The notes beneath the pieces are model-generated. The model made no database searches, was not told the origin of the DNA, and worked only from the letters and a program-made list of their open reading frames with translations. Below, piece by piece: positions 9,106-19,900 of a stretch of 64,000 nucleotides of DNA. How positions within the stretch are numbered: the first letter of the stretch is position 1; every line of letters begins with the position of its first letter. A program made the position numbers and the translations under genes. The stretch is from the IMG/VR virus record IMGVR_UViG_3300020430_000008, positions 32,001 to 96,000 of that record, one strand, 5' to 3'. The stretch comes from a virus.

Positions 9106-9638
9106 GAGTTTTCTTCAAAAATCTTTATGCCACCAAGTGCGATAACCACAGCATCAGCCCTGTCGTCTGTTCCCGGCTGTGGGTTGCCCTTGTATGTCAG
9201 GGTGTATTGAAAGTTTTCAAACAATGCCTCAACGTGATCAATGACCACCTTTTTGGCAAGACTCTTTGTGCCCTTGCCGCGTGGAATCTTGATGCCCAGC
9301 GCCTTACGTGCTTGGCGCACATCTATAAGCTCTGGGTTTTCTTTGAATACCTTTCTACATGCATAGCTGCACATGCCATTGAATCTCTGCAACTTTGCCA
9401 TAACATGCGCGGTAGAGCCTGAGCGAAAGTTAATTGCTGGCTTTTCAATAAACACGTAGAACGGGGTGTACTTTGTGTTTACCTTGCGCATGATTGACTC
9501 AAAAATAGCAGCGCGATCCTCAAGCGGAAGCTCTGACTTGAACTTGATCAAATCACTGTGTAGCAGTTTGTCGTCGGCATCAAGCACAGCGATGCCTATT
9601 CTTGTGGTGCTGATATCCAGCCCCAATGTATTACTCAT
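9102..9638 (-). CDS. RuvC-like Holliday junction resolvase
   Basis: GLDISTTRIGIAV, FIEKP and DDRADAVVIA carry the catalytic acidic residues. Confidence 0.88.
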   Translation of the reverse strand: MSNTLGLDISTTRIGIAVLDADDKLLHSDLIKFKSELPLEDRAAIFESIMRKVNTKYTPFYVFIEKPAINFRSGSTAHVMAKLQRFNGMCSYACRKVFKENPELIDVRQARKALGIKIPRGKGTKSLAKKVVIDHVEALFENFQYTLTYKGNPQPGTDDRADAVVIALGGIKIFEENS

Positions 9639-9639
9639 C

Positions 9640-10926
9640 TTAAAAATCTACTTTTAACTTAAATGTGAAGTCGCGTTCTGGCGTCTTCTTTACTGGTTTT
9701 GCTAGCTTAGCAATCCCGATGCAGTTCATTTGATCATCATAAATCTTAACTTCTGTGATAAACGTGGTTTTCTTGAAGCTGCCCGTGATGCTGTTGTAGG
9801 CGCTGTATACAACATTATTAATTTGTTGTTTGTCGTGCTCTCTGTAAATCGTAGAGCCCGTAATCGTTGCAACTGAACCTGACTCATCCCACGAAGACGA
9901 GTGTGCAATGTATGTCGGGTTGTTGGAGTGGTTTAGTTTGTTCTTGGGAGCGCGGCAAAACATTGTGACCGTAGGAATGTAGTTTGTTCCTCGGAATGAG
10001 ATCGAGTATGACGAACCAGTAACATTGTCACTCTTCATGTCAACATACTCAAGCACCTTGTTTACTGCCTGATCCATGCCCTCTAATGTTCCTTCATCTC
10101 TTTCTTCCAATGCTCTGGTGGGGATTCCATATCCGAAGTTGACCCACTGAGATGTGACTAAATCGCCGGCACCTGCACTTCGATAGTTCCTCTCAATACT
10201 ATCAATATCCCACGAACCTGTCAAGAGAAAAATGCCGGCTTCATATAAAACTACGCCCGCAACAGAACCGGAACCAACCGATCCTGTAGGTCCAATCTGG
10301 ACTAATTCGCCATCTCTGTAAATATCAGAAAGTTCTCCAGCGAGCGTTCCAGAAATGTAGTAGCGCAAATTGATGGTGCCTTTCTTAATCGACGAGCCAT
10401 AAAAAATCGATGGCACATCAATAAGGTTCATCTCTTGCGTGCTCTTGTCCCACGTACCAATCGAAGCATCAGAACCGGTAAAGGCGAAATGCGCGCTGGT
10501 AGTGGAGGCTTTGTTTAAGATGCTTTTGAGCGCGAACACATGCTTGCGACTGTCGTTCTCGCGATAGTAAATGCGCTGGATAGATGCGGTCAAGGGGTAG
10601 CTGCCGGTAATCTCGTCACCGTACTGCATACTATGAAAGCCTGTAGAACTGACTGTGCCGAACGTGTGCATCGAACTGCCCTTGACAATGAAAGGATACG
10701 TGAAGTTATTAGAACCACTAAGCTTGTCAACATTTTTCTCGTAAAGCGATACATAGCCAGACTCAGGGCTACCTAAATCAAACTGTCCAAGAATCTCAGG
10801 ACGATTGTTATAATAAACTTTGCTAGTCGTATCGCCCGGTCCACGCGCAATAGTAAACTCGACTTTCGGATGTGTCTTGATCCGATTGTAAATCAGATCT
10901 CTTTTCTTAAACTTGTAGTATGGCAT
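9640..10926 (-). CDS. Virion/baseplate-associated protein (paralog of 11572-12735)
   Basis: C-terminal NPTY...ITEVKIYD...IAKLAKPVKK...KVDF is shared with 11572-12735. SGS/TGS-rich. Structural context. Confidence 0.65.
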   Translation of the reverse strand: MPYYKFKKRDLIYNRIKTHPKVEFTIARGPGDTTSKVYYNNRPEILGQFDLGSPESGYVSLYEKNVDKLSGSNNFTYPFIVKGSSMHTFGTVSSTGFHSMQYGDEITGSYPLTASIQRIYYRENDSRKHVFALKSILNKASTTSAHFAFTGSDASIGTWDKSTQEMNLIDVPSIFYGSSIKKGTINLRYYISGTLAGELSDIYRDGELVQIGPTGSVGSGSVAGVVLYEAGIFLLTGSWDIDSIERNYRSAGAGDLVTSQWVNFGYGIPTRALEERDEGTLEGMDQAVNKVLEYVDMKSDNVTGSSYSISFRGTNYIPTVTMFCRAPKNKLNHSNNPTYIAHSSSWDESGSVATITGSTIYREHDKQQINNVVYSAYNSITGSFKKTTFITEVKIYDDQMNCIGIAKLAKPVKKTPERDFTFKLKVDF

Positions 10927-10932
10927 TTTAAA

Positions 10933-10940
10933 TAACTAGT
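10933..10940 (-). promoter_or_regulatory. Candidate late-promoter motif ACTAGTTA
   Basis: Lies 6 nt upstream of ATG 10926 and overlaps the upstream stop codon. Confidence 0.45.
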
Positions 10941-11559
10941 CTAAAGCGCTATATCCAATCGCTTTGGCAAATTCCTTGAACAGATTTTTCTTTGATGCTT
11001 CGTTGGGCATCATCTCATAAACCATAGGATATGTCTTTTTGATACCTTCAATCGTCAATCGCAATTCTTTGTTCTTTGCCTCAAGCATCATGATATGCTC
11101 TTTAGTTGGGGTCGGCAAACTAATGCCGAGATCGGTGGCAATACACAACAGTCGATACCACTCGCGCTTGGAAGACGCATCTTGTGCATCCTTGAACATA
11201 TGCTCACGGCGCTGTTGCTCTTCTTCCGACATATGCATGATCTTGTCAGGATGAGTGGCTTTCGCAATCTTTTTGAACACAGAATTCGCAACAGCGTTCA
11301 TTCGCTTTCTTTTGTCTTCGTTCTCTGTTGGCTCTAGCTCGGTGAACTCTTCTTCGGGATCATCGCCGATATCGCCTGTTTTTAGAATACGCTCTTCGGG
11401 GCTGATAAGCTCTTTTTCGACAGCGTACTCTTCAAACGCCTCTGAAAACTTTCTTTGCGCTGACTCATATGCCATCCTGTGATAGTCATAATCAGCAGTA
11501 AGATACCGAAGCTCTAAGATTAGCTTCTCGTATTTCTTCTTAAGTTTAGGTGTGATCAT
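10936..11559 (-). CDS. J-domain (DnaJ-like) co-chaperone
   Basis: FKKIAKATHPDK...EHMFKDAQDA gives the helix II - HPD - helix III J-domain signature. Confidence 0.8.
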   Translation of the reverse strand: MITPKLKKKYEKLILELRYLTADYDYHRMAYESAQRKFSEAFEEYAVEKELISPEERILKTGDIGDDPEEEFTELEPTENEDKRKRMNAVANSVFKKIAKATHPDKIMHMSEEEQQRREHMFKDAQDASSKREWYRLLCIATDLGISLPTPTKEHIMMLEAKNKELRLTIEGIKKTYPMVYEMMPNEASKKNLFKEFAKAIGYSALD

Positions 11560-11571
11560 GAGAAAGCCCGC

Positions 11572-12735
11572 CTAGTAATCTAGGCGAACTCTCAGTGTCA
11601 ACTCGTTTGTTGGGTCTTTCTTCAACGGCTCTGAAAGCTTTGCCACAGCCATTAGCTCATTGTCTGATGAGTAAAGTCCGACACCAGTAACATAAGCAAC
11701 TGGAGTATCGCCTGCAACGTTCTTAACTCGAATCTTAGAGCTATTCAAGTACGTTGGGTTAGAACTGTAGTTGAACTCGTTGTGGTTCAAGCGACAGAAG
11801 TAAATCGTTGAGTTAAGCTCTGTCGTGTTGTTGAAGGACATGTTATACATACGGCTTCTGAGGGCTGTACACGAAGACGAAATCTCCGAGCCAGTCAACA
11901 TTTGATTGACATAAAAAAGTTGCCCAATCTCTGGACCCATGTGTACACTGGCGCTTGCAGCAATATCATCGCCCAAAATTCCACCACCGCCGGCAGTAGA
12001 ACCGTCAGATGATGCTGAGTGATGATCGAAAACTGACGCCGTAAGAACTGCCACACCAGCTTGATAATAAAGCAAACCAGCCTTAACTCTTTCGGTGCCT
12101 CCAGATGTACCGGGACCATGAACGAAAGTGCTGCTACCATCGCCGTCATAACTTGTCTCTGCATAAAGCACAGCATAATCTCCAGCAGGAGAGTTTACAC
12201 GATAGTCATTTTGAGCATTGTAATCAGTAAGCTTAATGCGTCGATGGAAAGAAGCAGAAAGACCGGGAGCAACGCCAAGCTCTAAAGAGAACGAGCCCTT
12301 CTTGATCTCGTCCTTGGTAAGCAAGCGCGCCATGTTAATGAAGAAACACTCACGCAGCTTAGTTCCACCAGTCAAATCACCGTCCTCGTCAAACTCTTGA
12401 ATGACACCAGAAGAGCTATGCCCAACAAGCACCTTAGCCATTTGGTTATAGATATTAATCTTCTTAGCGTTTTGCGTGCTCGTAGAAGCAGACAAATCAG
12501 AATTAGCTGAGTAGCCCATCGTAATATCAAAAATGTGGTTTGCAGAAGAACTGAGGTATGGGTAATCGTATACGCTCTGGAACATTCCGTGAGCATAGTT
12601 CTTGATATTAACCTCGGAAGTACCTTCCATGTATGTACCGGAAATCACCGTTCCAGTAAGAGGGATAGCTTCGTTCAGAAGCGTCTTGGTTGAAACAATA
12701 TCATTGTTTGAAAAAGTCTTATATGTTGTCGCCAT
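11572..12735 (-). CDS. Virion/baseplate-associated protein with tail-collar-like C-terminal motif
   Basis: C-terminal VTGVGLYSSDNELMAVAKLSEPLKK...RLDY resembles the (E)VGLF/Y-x-x-x-x-x-L-x-A strand of baseplate/tail-collar proteins. Confidence 0.65.
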   Translation of the reverse strand: MATTYKTFSNNDIVSTKTLLNEAIPLTGTVISGTYMEGTSEVNIKNYAHGMFQSVYDYPYLSSSANHIFDITMGYSANSDLSASTSTQNAKKINIYNQMAKVLVGHSSSGVIQEFDEDGDLTGGTKLRECFFINMARLLTKDEIKKGSFSLELGVAPGLSASFHRRIKLTDYNAQNDYRVNSPAGDYAVLYAETSYDGDGSSTFVHGPGTSGGTERVKAGLLYYQAGVAVLTASVFDHHSASSDGSTAGGGGILGDDIAASASVHMGPEIGQLFYVNQMLTGSEISSSCTALRSRMYNMSFNNTTELNSTIYFCRLNHNEFNYSSNPTYLNSSKIRVKNVAGDTPVAYVTGVGLYSSDNELMAVAKLSEPLKKDPTNELTLRVRLDY

Positions 12736-12745
12736 GTCTTATTCC

Positions 12746-13699
12746 TTATGCCTTCTTAACAAATCTCACTGGAATGTCCAAGCTGTATCCGGTAGTAGCG
12801 CCGGTTACGCGCACAATAGTATCAATGTAATTCGTGAAGCTTGAAGCGACCGGTCCATTGTCAGTGCTACGGTTAATGCTGACCGTGCCTGTTCCACCGA
12901 TAAGGTCAAACAGATATGTGCTGGTATTCAACTCCAAACTTGCTTGGATTCTGAACTTAAGGATTGTACCGCGAGGTCCAGTGATGACCTGCGTGTTATC
13001 CTGTGTAGAAGTTGAAGTGCTCTCGTTAGAACTCACGTACCCACTATCGTTGAGAGTCAGGTAATAGCTTGCAATGTTGTCATCATCAATAAACGATGGG
13101 TCAGCGAGCGAAGTCTTTGTGGGGTGAGCGATTCGACCGAGGCGGTTGTCAATCTCGACAATGTATGCAGTCTCAGCCAAGTCGGAATCAATAGTGAACG
13201 AAGGGGGAATCTCACTGGTGTTGAGCCCTTGATCAATACGAATATGGGACGGAGAGTTAAGCGACTCACCAGCAAGTACACCGTTGGTTTGCGATGCATT
13301 TAAGCCACCAGTTGAGTTTGCTTCTGTATCGGCATCAACTGCCACAACAAACGTGGACACGCTATCAAGCGTGGTCAACGACGCATCAGGAGCGTTGTTG
13401 TTAAGCTTTAGAATCGGCAGATAAAGCAAGTTGGTACGAGAGATGGAAAGCAGCTTGCTCTTCATCATAGAGCCATTGTTAGTAAATGCCTCCATTACCG
13501 GTGATTGCAAAATCTCCAGATCATAGTATGCGCTACCATTAGCGTGATCTTTATTATAAAGTGAGTAATCAATCTCATCGTCGCAAAGTGCGAACTTACT
13601 GATTTTGAAGGAGCCGTCGCCCTTCGCGAGTCGAAATCTGCCCGTGTCAGTCAAAACTGCATCGAGGATAATATCGCCCGAATTATCTAAGAATCCCAT
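12746..13699 (-). CDS. Virion/baseplate-associated protein
   Basis: N-terminal IILDAVLTDTGRFRLAKG...FALCDDEIDY is shared with 20481-21614. GGAG SD. Confidence 0.65.
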   Translation of the reverse strand: MGFLDNSGDIILDAVLTDTGRFRLAKGDGSFKISKFALCDDEIDYSLYNKDHANGSAYYDLEILQSPVMEAFTNNGSMMKSKLLSISRTNLLYLPILKLNNNAPDASLTTLDSVSTFVVAVDADTEANSTGGLNASQTNGVLAGESLNSPSHIRIDQGLNTSEIPPSFTIDSDLAETAYIVEIDNRLGRIAHPTKTSLADPSFIDDDNIASYYLTLNDSGYVSSNESTSTSTQDNTQVITGPRGTILKFRIQASLELNTSTYLFDLIGGTGTVSINRSTDNGPVASSFTNYIDTIVRVTGATTGYSLDIPVRFVKKA

Positions 13700-13720
13700 T
13701 AAACTCTTGTCTCCGTTTCT

Positions 13721-13747
13721 TAATTAGTTTATTATACAGTAAATAGT
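13721..13747 (-). promoter_or_regulatory. Tandem candidate late-promoter motifs ACTATTTA and ACTAATTA (TATAAT between them)
   Basis: Two copies in the longest AT-rich intergenic gap, upstream of the SD and ATG at 13699. Confidence 0.55.
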
Positions 13748-13777
13748 GCTTTCTCTTAAAACATTCTTTTCCGTGCG

Positions 13778-16700
13778 TTAACGCCTGTGTTTGGAGTGAC
13801 CAGCAGTATTGTCCTTTGTCTTAGTCCTTACGCCGGTTTCCTTGTCCACCACATCTCCACCTTCGATTTCGGTCGTTGATTTCTTATGCTTCTGATTAAA
13901 CTGAATATTCAAATCTGCCGACTTTCCTGTTGTAGTGGAAGTGATGCGAACTTTGTACTTCTTGCCCCAGATGTTGGTATCTGCAGCACCTAACTGAATG
14001 GCTCCGTTTGCTGCGTCAAACGCAGATGTAGCCTCTGTATTAGTAATTAGTACCTGCTGAACCGTTGGGGCAATTTTAATATACTTGTTGAAATATTTCT
14101 TATTCGTTCTTGGAATAGGGTCTTTGAAGATGTACTCCTTAATCAACGGATAGATAACCTCTTTTTGTTTGACCATCTCAACCTCAAAAACGGGAGATGG
14201 ATTAGAGAAGTTGCCGTGTACATCGACTTGGCGAATCATATAGTAATACTTTCTGTTGGGCGCAATAATGTCAACCATGCTGGCAGAGTCTCCATACTTT
14301 GGCATGATGTCACTAGCAGGATAAGTTGACTTCTCACTTGGAATTCTTGTTGTCACCCTCGCATACAACTGACCGTCGAAATCCTTATAACTGTATGGCG
14401 CTTTCGTAAGGCGGTAAACCTCAAAAAACTCAGGACGGTCATCAGATTCATACAATAAGTTTTCGCCGGGTAGAATCTCATTCTTCTGATATTTGCGCTG
14501 CAGATTGACTGCCTGCTCTTCGGTCATTGCAAAGTTAGGACCGTACGCTTTGCGATCAGAGTTAATCATGATTGTCGGCATTTGCGAACGTCCCACGCTA
14601 CCCTTGAAAACACAAAGAATCTTGTGATCGATACCCTTGTATGGCACGAACTCTACCTCTGGCACGATAGGTGCGCTGTCAAACATCATGATTGACTCTG
14701 CGTGAATACGAGTTTTAACAATCTTCAAAGCTGGTGTGTACCAAACTGCCTGAGAATATGGACTGTCTTGGAACGTCATCGTTTTTAAGCTTTGATCGTT
14801 TGCCTTCAACATGCTAGACAGCTTATCTGTAGATTTGATAAGCGGGCTCATGTCGAGACTTCTGTTGCCGATGTCGTAACGGGTGCCGATAACAAGCGTG
14901 TGAGCAAAAATTTCATACACATACTCTTTGCCATAATGCACTTGAGTGTCCATGAAGTTAATGTTTGTAATGTCTGTCGAGTTGGCGAACCAGAAATTTT
15001 GAACGAATCGACCGTTGCGATCACGGGCATCGCGTACGCTCTTTCTAACTTGGTACACGACAGTTTCAGCATATGCAGTTTCACCCTTGAGGATCTGTTC
15101 GTAGCTGCGAACATAATCTGATACCATGTCTTTGATTTTGCCTAAAGCAATGATAGTTTTGATTTGCTTTTCTAATGTGTTGACCATCCCATCGCCAGCG
15201 ATTACAGAAGCATGCGCGTGCAGGCGACCAGTCATCTTTTGTGTGTCCTGTTCGTCATTTAAAAGCTTATACAGCCATGTCTCTACGTCGAAAACTCTTC
15301 GCTTCATGGGCGCAATATCTTGTTTTTGATTCATGCTAATGCCGCCATCAGATCGATGTACAACATGCATCTTTGGCTGACCTTCAAAGATAGACTTTAT
15401 ACTGGAGCGTTTGGGTCTTTTCTTTCGCGGTACGTCTTGTAACAAAGGCACGTTGCCAGTTTCAGAAGCAATAAGTGAATCAATCAAATCCGGCATAAGA
15501 CCAGCAAAGTCAATAAAATCAGAGAACATAGCAAACTGGTCTGCTGTGAAGTTGATGTCTGCATACATTGGATAGTTTTCTCTATTTCTGTCAGTGTCTG
15601 AAATGAGTCTTCCGTAGTCTCCGCTGAAAACAAGATTTCTCATTTTATCAGCAGCATATGCTGCAGCGGGACTGGAGCGCAAAATGCGACCAAGCACTTG
15701 CCGTGTTGAAGCGGCATCAGCTAAATCATCCAAACTCTTGGGTATGCCTCTCGACTGACTGTCAGATGCTGCTTTCGCAACTCTGGAAAGCACTGAGCCG
15801 AATTCATGCCAGTACATGCTGGAAATCGTCATAGCCTCTGCAGCATCGGCATCTCTCTTTTTCTTTCTGCCGATTAAGTTGCCCGCAGTTGCAGATTTGA
15901 TAGCTCCACCAAGCGTAACATTGTCGTTGGCAATCTTGATAGTCTCTGGATCTCCCAGTTCTGAATCTGCCGCAGTTTGTAGAAGCATGCACGGCAGAAG
16001 CAGTTCTGGTGCGTGCTTTGAAAACTTTTCGTAAAGCATAGAGTAGAAATTGTACTCGGAAGCACAACTTGCATATGCGGTGGTGCCGTCAAAAGACATC
16101 ACTTGCGACTCAAGCATGTTGAATGGCGCGTTAACGTATGTGGAGAAATCTTCATAAGCAGCGTCACTAGCTGCAACAGTCCTTGCGTTCTTGCCAATAA
16201 AGTTTCTCATAAGATGCCATGCATATACAGAACCTTCCTTCTGGAACTCAGACCCTACTTGCGTCTTTTTGATCTGCTCTCCGTATTTTGGGTTTTGTGC
16301 CATCTCATCTGCCTTGGCAATCTGCTCGGGAGTTAAGCCGGTAAGCGTCAAATAATATTGATTGAACGCGCTCTCAATCGGTAAAAGTTTAATATTTTGC
16401 TGGTATACTGGAAACAAGCCTGATTGAACGACCCCGCCGTTTTTGCTGTCGCGCCACTTTGTCATCTTATCCTCGACTGCATCAGGGATAACTCCGTCAC
16501 CAGTTTTGGCAACATGATCCGAAAACACGATATCGAATGGGACTGACTTATACACTTCATCATCAGCCTCTTGCGACATAGCGCCAGAGCAAAAAATCAT
16601 CTTAGTGTCTGGCTGCGCGCCCTGCACAGACCACACACGATTTGACAATGTGCGAATCGGATCGATAGGGGTTAACCTTCCCTCTCCAAGCTCCTTGTCC

Positions 16701-16921
16701 TCTAGAAATTTATCTGAGCGTTGTAGTGTGTTGAAGAAGTCCATTGTCTCTTTTTGACGACTTGTAGAATCAAGCGTAGTTCCGCGCTTAGACTGCTTCT
16801 GTTCTGATGGCTTGCGAGCGCGCATCTTGTCGGCATGTGATTTGAAACGATTATTTCTTGCAGCGTATGTAATGCCATATGCGGCAGTTGAAATTACATA
16901 TTGCTTTTTTCCGTTTGCCAT
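13778..16921 (-). CDS. Large putative virion protein (1047 aa)
   Basis: Long ORF coupled by TAATG overlap. C-terminal part has FN3-like strands (FEVYR...YYYMIRQVDVHGNFSNPS). Confidence 0.7.
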   Translation of the reverse strand: MANGKKQYVISTAAYGITYAARNNRFKSHADKMRARKPSEQKQSKRGTTLDSTSRQKETMDFFNTLQRSDKFLEDKELGEGRLTPIDPIRTLSNRVWSVQGAQPDTKMIFCSGAMSQEADDEVYKSVPFDIVFSDHVAKTGDGVIPDAVEDKMTKWRDSKNGGVVQSGLFPVYQQNIKLLPIESAFNQYYLTLTGLTPEQIAKADEMAQNPKYGEQIKKTQVGSEFQKEGSVYAWHLMRNFIGKNARTVAASDAAYEDFSTYVNAPFNMLESQVMSFDGTTAYASCASEYNFYSMLYEKFSKHAPELLLPCMLLQTAADSELGDPETIKIANDNVTLGGAIKSATAGNLIGRKKKRDADAAEAMTISSMYWHEFGSVLSRVAKAASDSQSRGIPKSLDDLADAASTRQVLGRILRSSPAAAYAADKMRNLVFSGDYGRLISDTDRNRENYPMYADINFTADQFAMFSDFIDFAGLMPDLIDSLIASETGNVPLLQDVPRKKRPKRSSIKSIFEGQPKMHVVHRSDGGISMNQKQDIAPMKRRVFDVETWLYKLLNDEQDTQKMTGRLHAHASVIAGDGMVNTLEKQIKTIIALGKIKDMVSDYVRSYEQILKGETAYAETVVYQVRKSVRDARDRNGRFVQNFWFANSTDITNINFMDTQVHYGKEYVYEIFAHTLVIGTRYDIGNRSLDMSPLIKSTDKLSSMLKANDQSLKTMTFQDSPYSQAVWYTPALKIVKTRIHAESIMMFDSAPIVPEVEFVPYKGIDHKILCVFKGSVGRSQMPTIMINSDRKAYGPNFAMTEEQAVNLQRKYQKNEILPGENLLYESDDRPEFFEVYRLTKAPYSYKDFDGQLYARVTTRIPSEKSTYPASDIMPKYGDSASMVDIIAPNRKYYYMIRQVDVHGNFSNPSPVFEVEMVKQKEVIYPLIKEYIFKDPIPRTNKKYFNKYIKIAPTVQQVLITNTEATSAFDAANGAIQLGAADTNIWGKKYKVRITSTTTGKSADLNIQFNQKHKKSTTEIEGGDVVDKETGVRTKTKDNTAGHSKHRR

Positions 16922-19900
16922 TAGTACTTCAATCCTTCTCTAATAACTTGTGTTGCTGGGTTGACAAATCCCATCTTGCGTCTGATACCTGAAAGTGGCT
17001 TGTCGTTGTTGCCGACTAATAAAAATGTGTTATTCCAAATCGGCATCTGTAGTGCCTTTGGAAATGCGATGCGAAGTGTCTCGTTGTTGTACGGACGCAA
17101 TCGACATAAGATTTGTTGCCCTTCTGCTCTGTGTAGATCTCTGACGACATCTCCAGTTAGGGGTGCCCAGATTTCAGAACCAATAGTCTTATCATATTTA
17201 GGCTTTAAGTTGGATTCTCTATAGCCGACCAAATATTCTACACGTACATTCAACATAAAGTAAAGTTGATATATCGTGTTGACAACTGGGTGATTCCAAT
17301 ACTCTGATCCTACTCTGCCCTTGATGCTTGCATTGACATTTGACGTTGGTGCCAAGCTCCAGCCAGCGGCTTGAATACTGATCGGCAACGTGCTAAGGAT
17401 TCTATTTGCGATAGTCTCAAACGATGCGGAATCATAGCCACCTGCCGCAAGAGCAGCCTCAACCAAATACATGATAACAGCTTGCGGAGTGAAGTTGGCT
17501 TCTGTAGAGCGCGCAGGATTCTTCTCTGTAGAGTGCATAAAGTCTCTTTTAGTGTTGATCACAAGCTGTGTCAAGAATTCTGTTTCTTCCGACTTCTCAA
17601 AACCGGCAGCAAGGTTAGTAAATGCGTCTAAAAGTTCTTCGCCTGTCTGTTGTGCAGCCCATTCCGAAGTTGCCATGGCAGAAGGGAATACGTTAAGATA
17701 ATCAATCTCTTCGTCCTCTGCTGCATTCTGATTAAGAGCAAGTCCTATAGCTGTAGGTGATGCAGAGATGGCTTCGTCAGCCCCAAATGATAATCTTGAA
17801 TTAGAGTTTTGTTGCAACGTTACGCCGCGCAGAGCATTTCCATATTCTTCGCCAGTCATCAGTGTCAAACCAAACTCAGGAGCAATTGCCTGACCAACAC
17901 GCTGCTTTGAATCAATCGTCAAAACGCGAGTAGTGCCGGCTTTTCTATTTGATCCCATCCACTGCACGACGCTCTTGAAAGCTTCTTTCATCTCGACTCT
18001 TTCTGAGAATGTGCCATCATAGCTTCTAAGCGTCTGCAGATTCACAGTGTTTTCCGGCGTCAGCATGTTCACAGATTGCGCCGACAAGCACTTGAACGAT
18101 GCGTCTACGTTGGGCGCAGCGGTAGGCGAAGTGAAGTACTTTACAACCTCGCTTTCTGCTCTGGAAAGGTAGTCAGTAGTTGACACCATGCCGATAGATG
18201 TGGTTGAACCACCCGACGACATGTTCAAAAACGAAGCTCCGGTAGACGGCGGGGCATCAGCATTGAATGCGTCGTTGCTAAACCACGTCTGATAGGTCAC
18301 AGTGCGGTTTGTAACGCCAGAACCACCGTTGGGTGTGTTTGGGTTTGACGCTGCTGATGAGTTAGTTGTAGGCGGCTCTGACGATATCAGACTTTCAACA
18401 ATCTTAATGTAAATCTCTAATGTCTCGATTACAGCATTGATACCGCGTGGCGTACCAGAGTTTGGATTGCACACGCTTGTCATGTTGTCTCTAATCTTTT
18501 TCTTTGCAGTATCGCTCATGTTGTCGTTTGAAATCAAATCAAGCAACTCAACAAATGCACGGGGTGCTCGACGCCATGGACGTGTACGAGCATATCGACG
18601 TGCTGCAAATCTTCTGAAATCGGTTGTGAATCTGTTGATGGTTGGATCGTAAAAGCCGACTTGCGTTTGCTTTGGTGAGTTGGTGTTTGCAGTGGATACG
18701 CCTGCTACAATATTGACAACTGCTTCTGCCTTATTTGTTTGTTGATCCATTCTCTTGTTGCCGACGTGCGGATCTTTATAAGTCTGCTGATAACGGTTGA
18801 CAACGGGAATCTGCGAAAATACCTCGTACTCTTTCAAGCGTGCAACGTGCCGCCTCAAGATACGCAGTTGGTTTCCAATATAAACTGGCACGTAATCTCT
18901 CATGGTGATTTCTACACCGTATTGGTAAATGCCATCGGTTTGTCTTTTGACGCTGATGTCTTTGCCTGTGAAATGGCGAACTCTAAAGTCTTTGCCGTTG
19001 GTCGCGTTCGTCTTAAGTTCGATCTCACGAATGCCTGCGCTGTTGGTTCTGCCATCTTCTGTGGGGGCTCCGGTTTTTTTCTGGATGATTCTGCGTGTTG
19101 ATTGGAGTTTGCCAGATCTCTTCTTGGCTCTGCTGCTAACAATAACGTCCTCTCTTTCTTCGTTAGAAAAAGGCTCGTAAACGCTCGGATATCCTCTGGC
19201 GTAGGAGCCTTGCTTAAAGTGCTTGACTCTCCTTCTCAGAATCTTGATTTCTTCAATAGTGCATTTCTTAAGCACATCGTCTGCAATATCGTCAGCGACA
19301 TTATCAAAGAATCTGCCGTAAACAGAGTTGTCTTTCATAAAGTCAAGCTGACTGAAAGCAAAAAGAAAACCACAAGTACGGTTTGGCATTATCGAAAGAT
19401 GGATGTCGCTGAAATACTTGTGTTTGTATGCGGGTAAAGTTGTAAAGTTTTGTGCGGTCCCAGAAGCCAACTCATCGAGCATATTAATTTGTGATAAGTC
19501 TACTGAATGTGCAGGTACAACATTATTAACATCTCTGAAATCTGAGATTCTGCTATCGCCGCTAAGTTCACCGTCTGCTAAGGCAGTGATCCATTCACCA
19601 TTATTAGCATACTGGTTGGCAGTCATGTTGACTGTATTGGTGGTAAGACCGTTATCTTCTAGCAGCTTCTCGATATCAATGTACGAACAGATGTAGTAGG
19701 CTGCGTGACTGGGTGACGAACTGTCGATTTCAAACTGAAACTTAGCAGGAAACTCGTAGATAGTGTCGCCGTTAGTATCGATGCTAGAGTAGCCAGCAAG
19801 CATGAGATCTTGTTCTGTGATTGCCTCACCCGATGTGCTGCTGTCAATTGAGTTTACAATGTCTTGTGCGGATCTGATATCGAACGTAATGTCGCTTTTT

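Noticed and set aside
943-9638. Inteins or introns in TerL, primase or Mre11-Rad50
   Set aside because: Lengths are normal, and no splice-junction or homing-endonuclease motifs were seen.
9102-9638. RuvC as a Cas12/TnpB-like effector
   Set aside because: Only 178 aa, a stand-alone resolvase, with no array or transposon ends.
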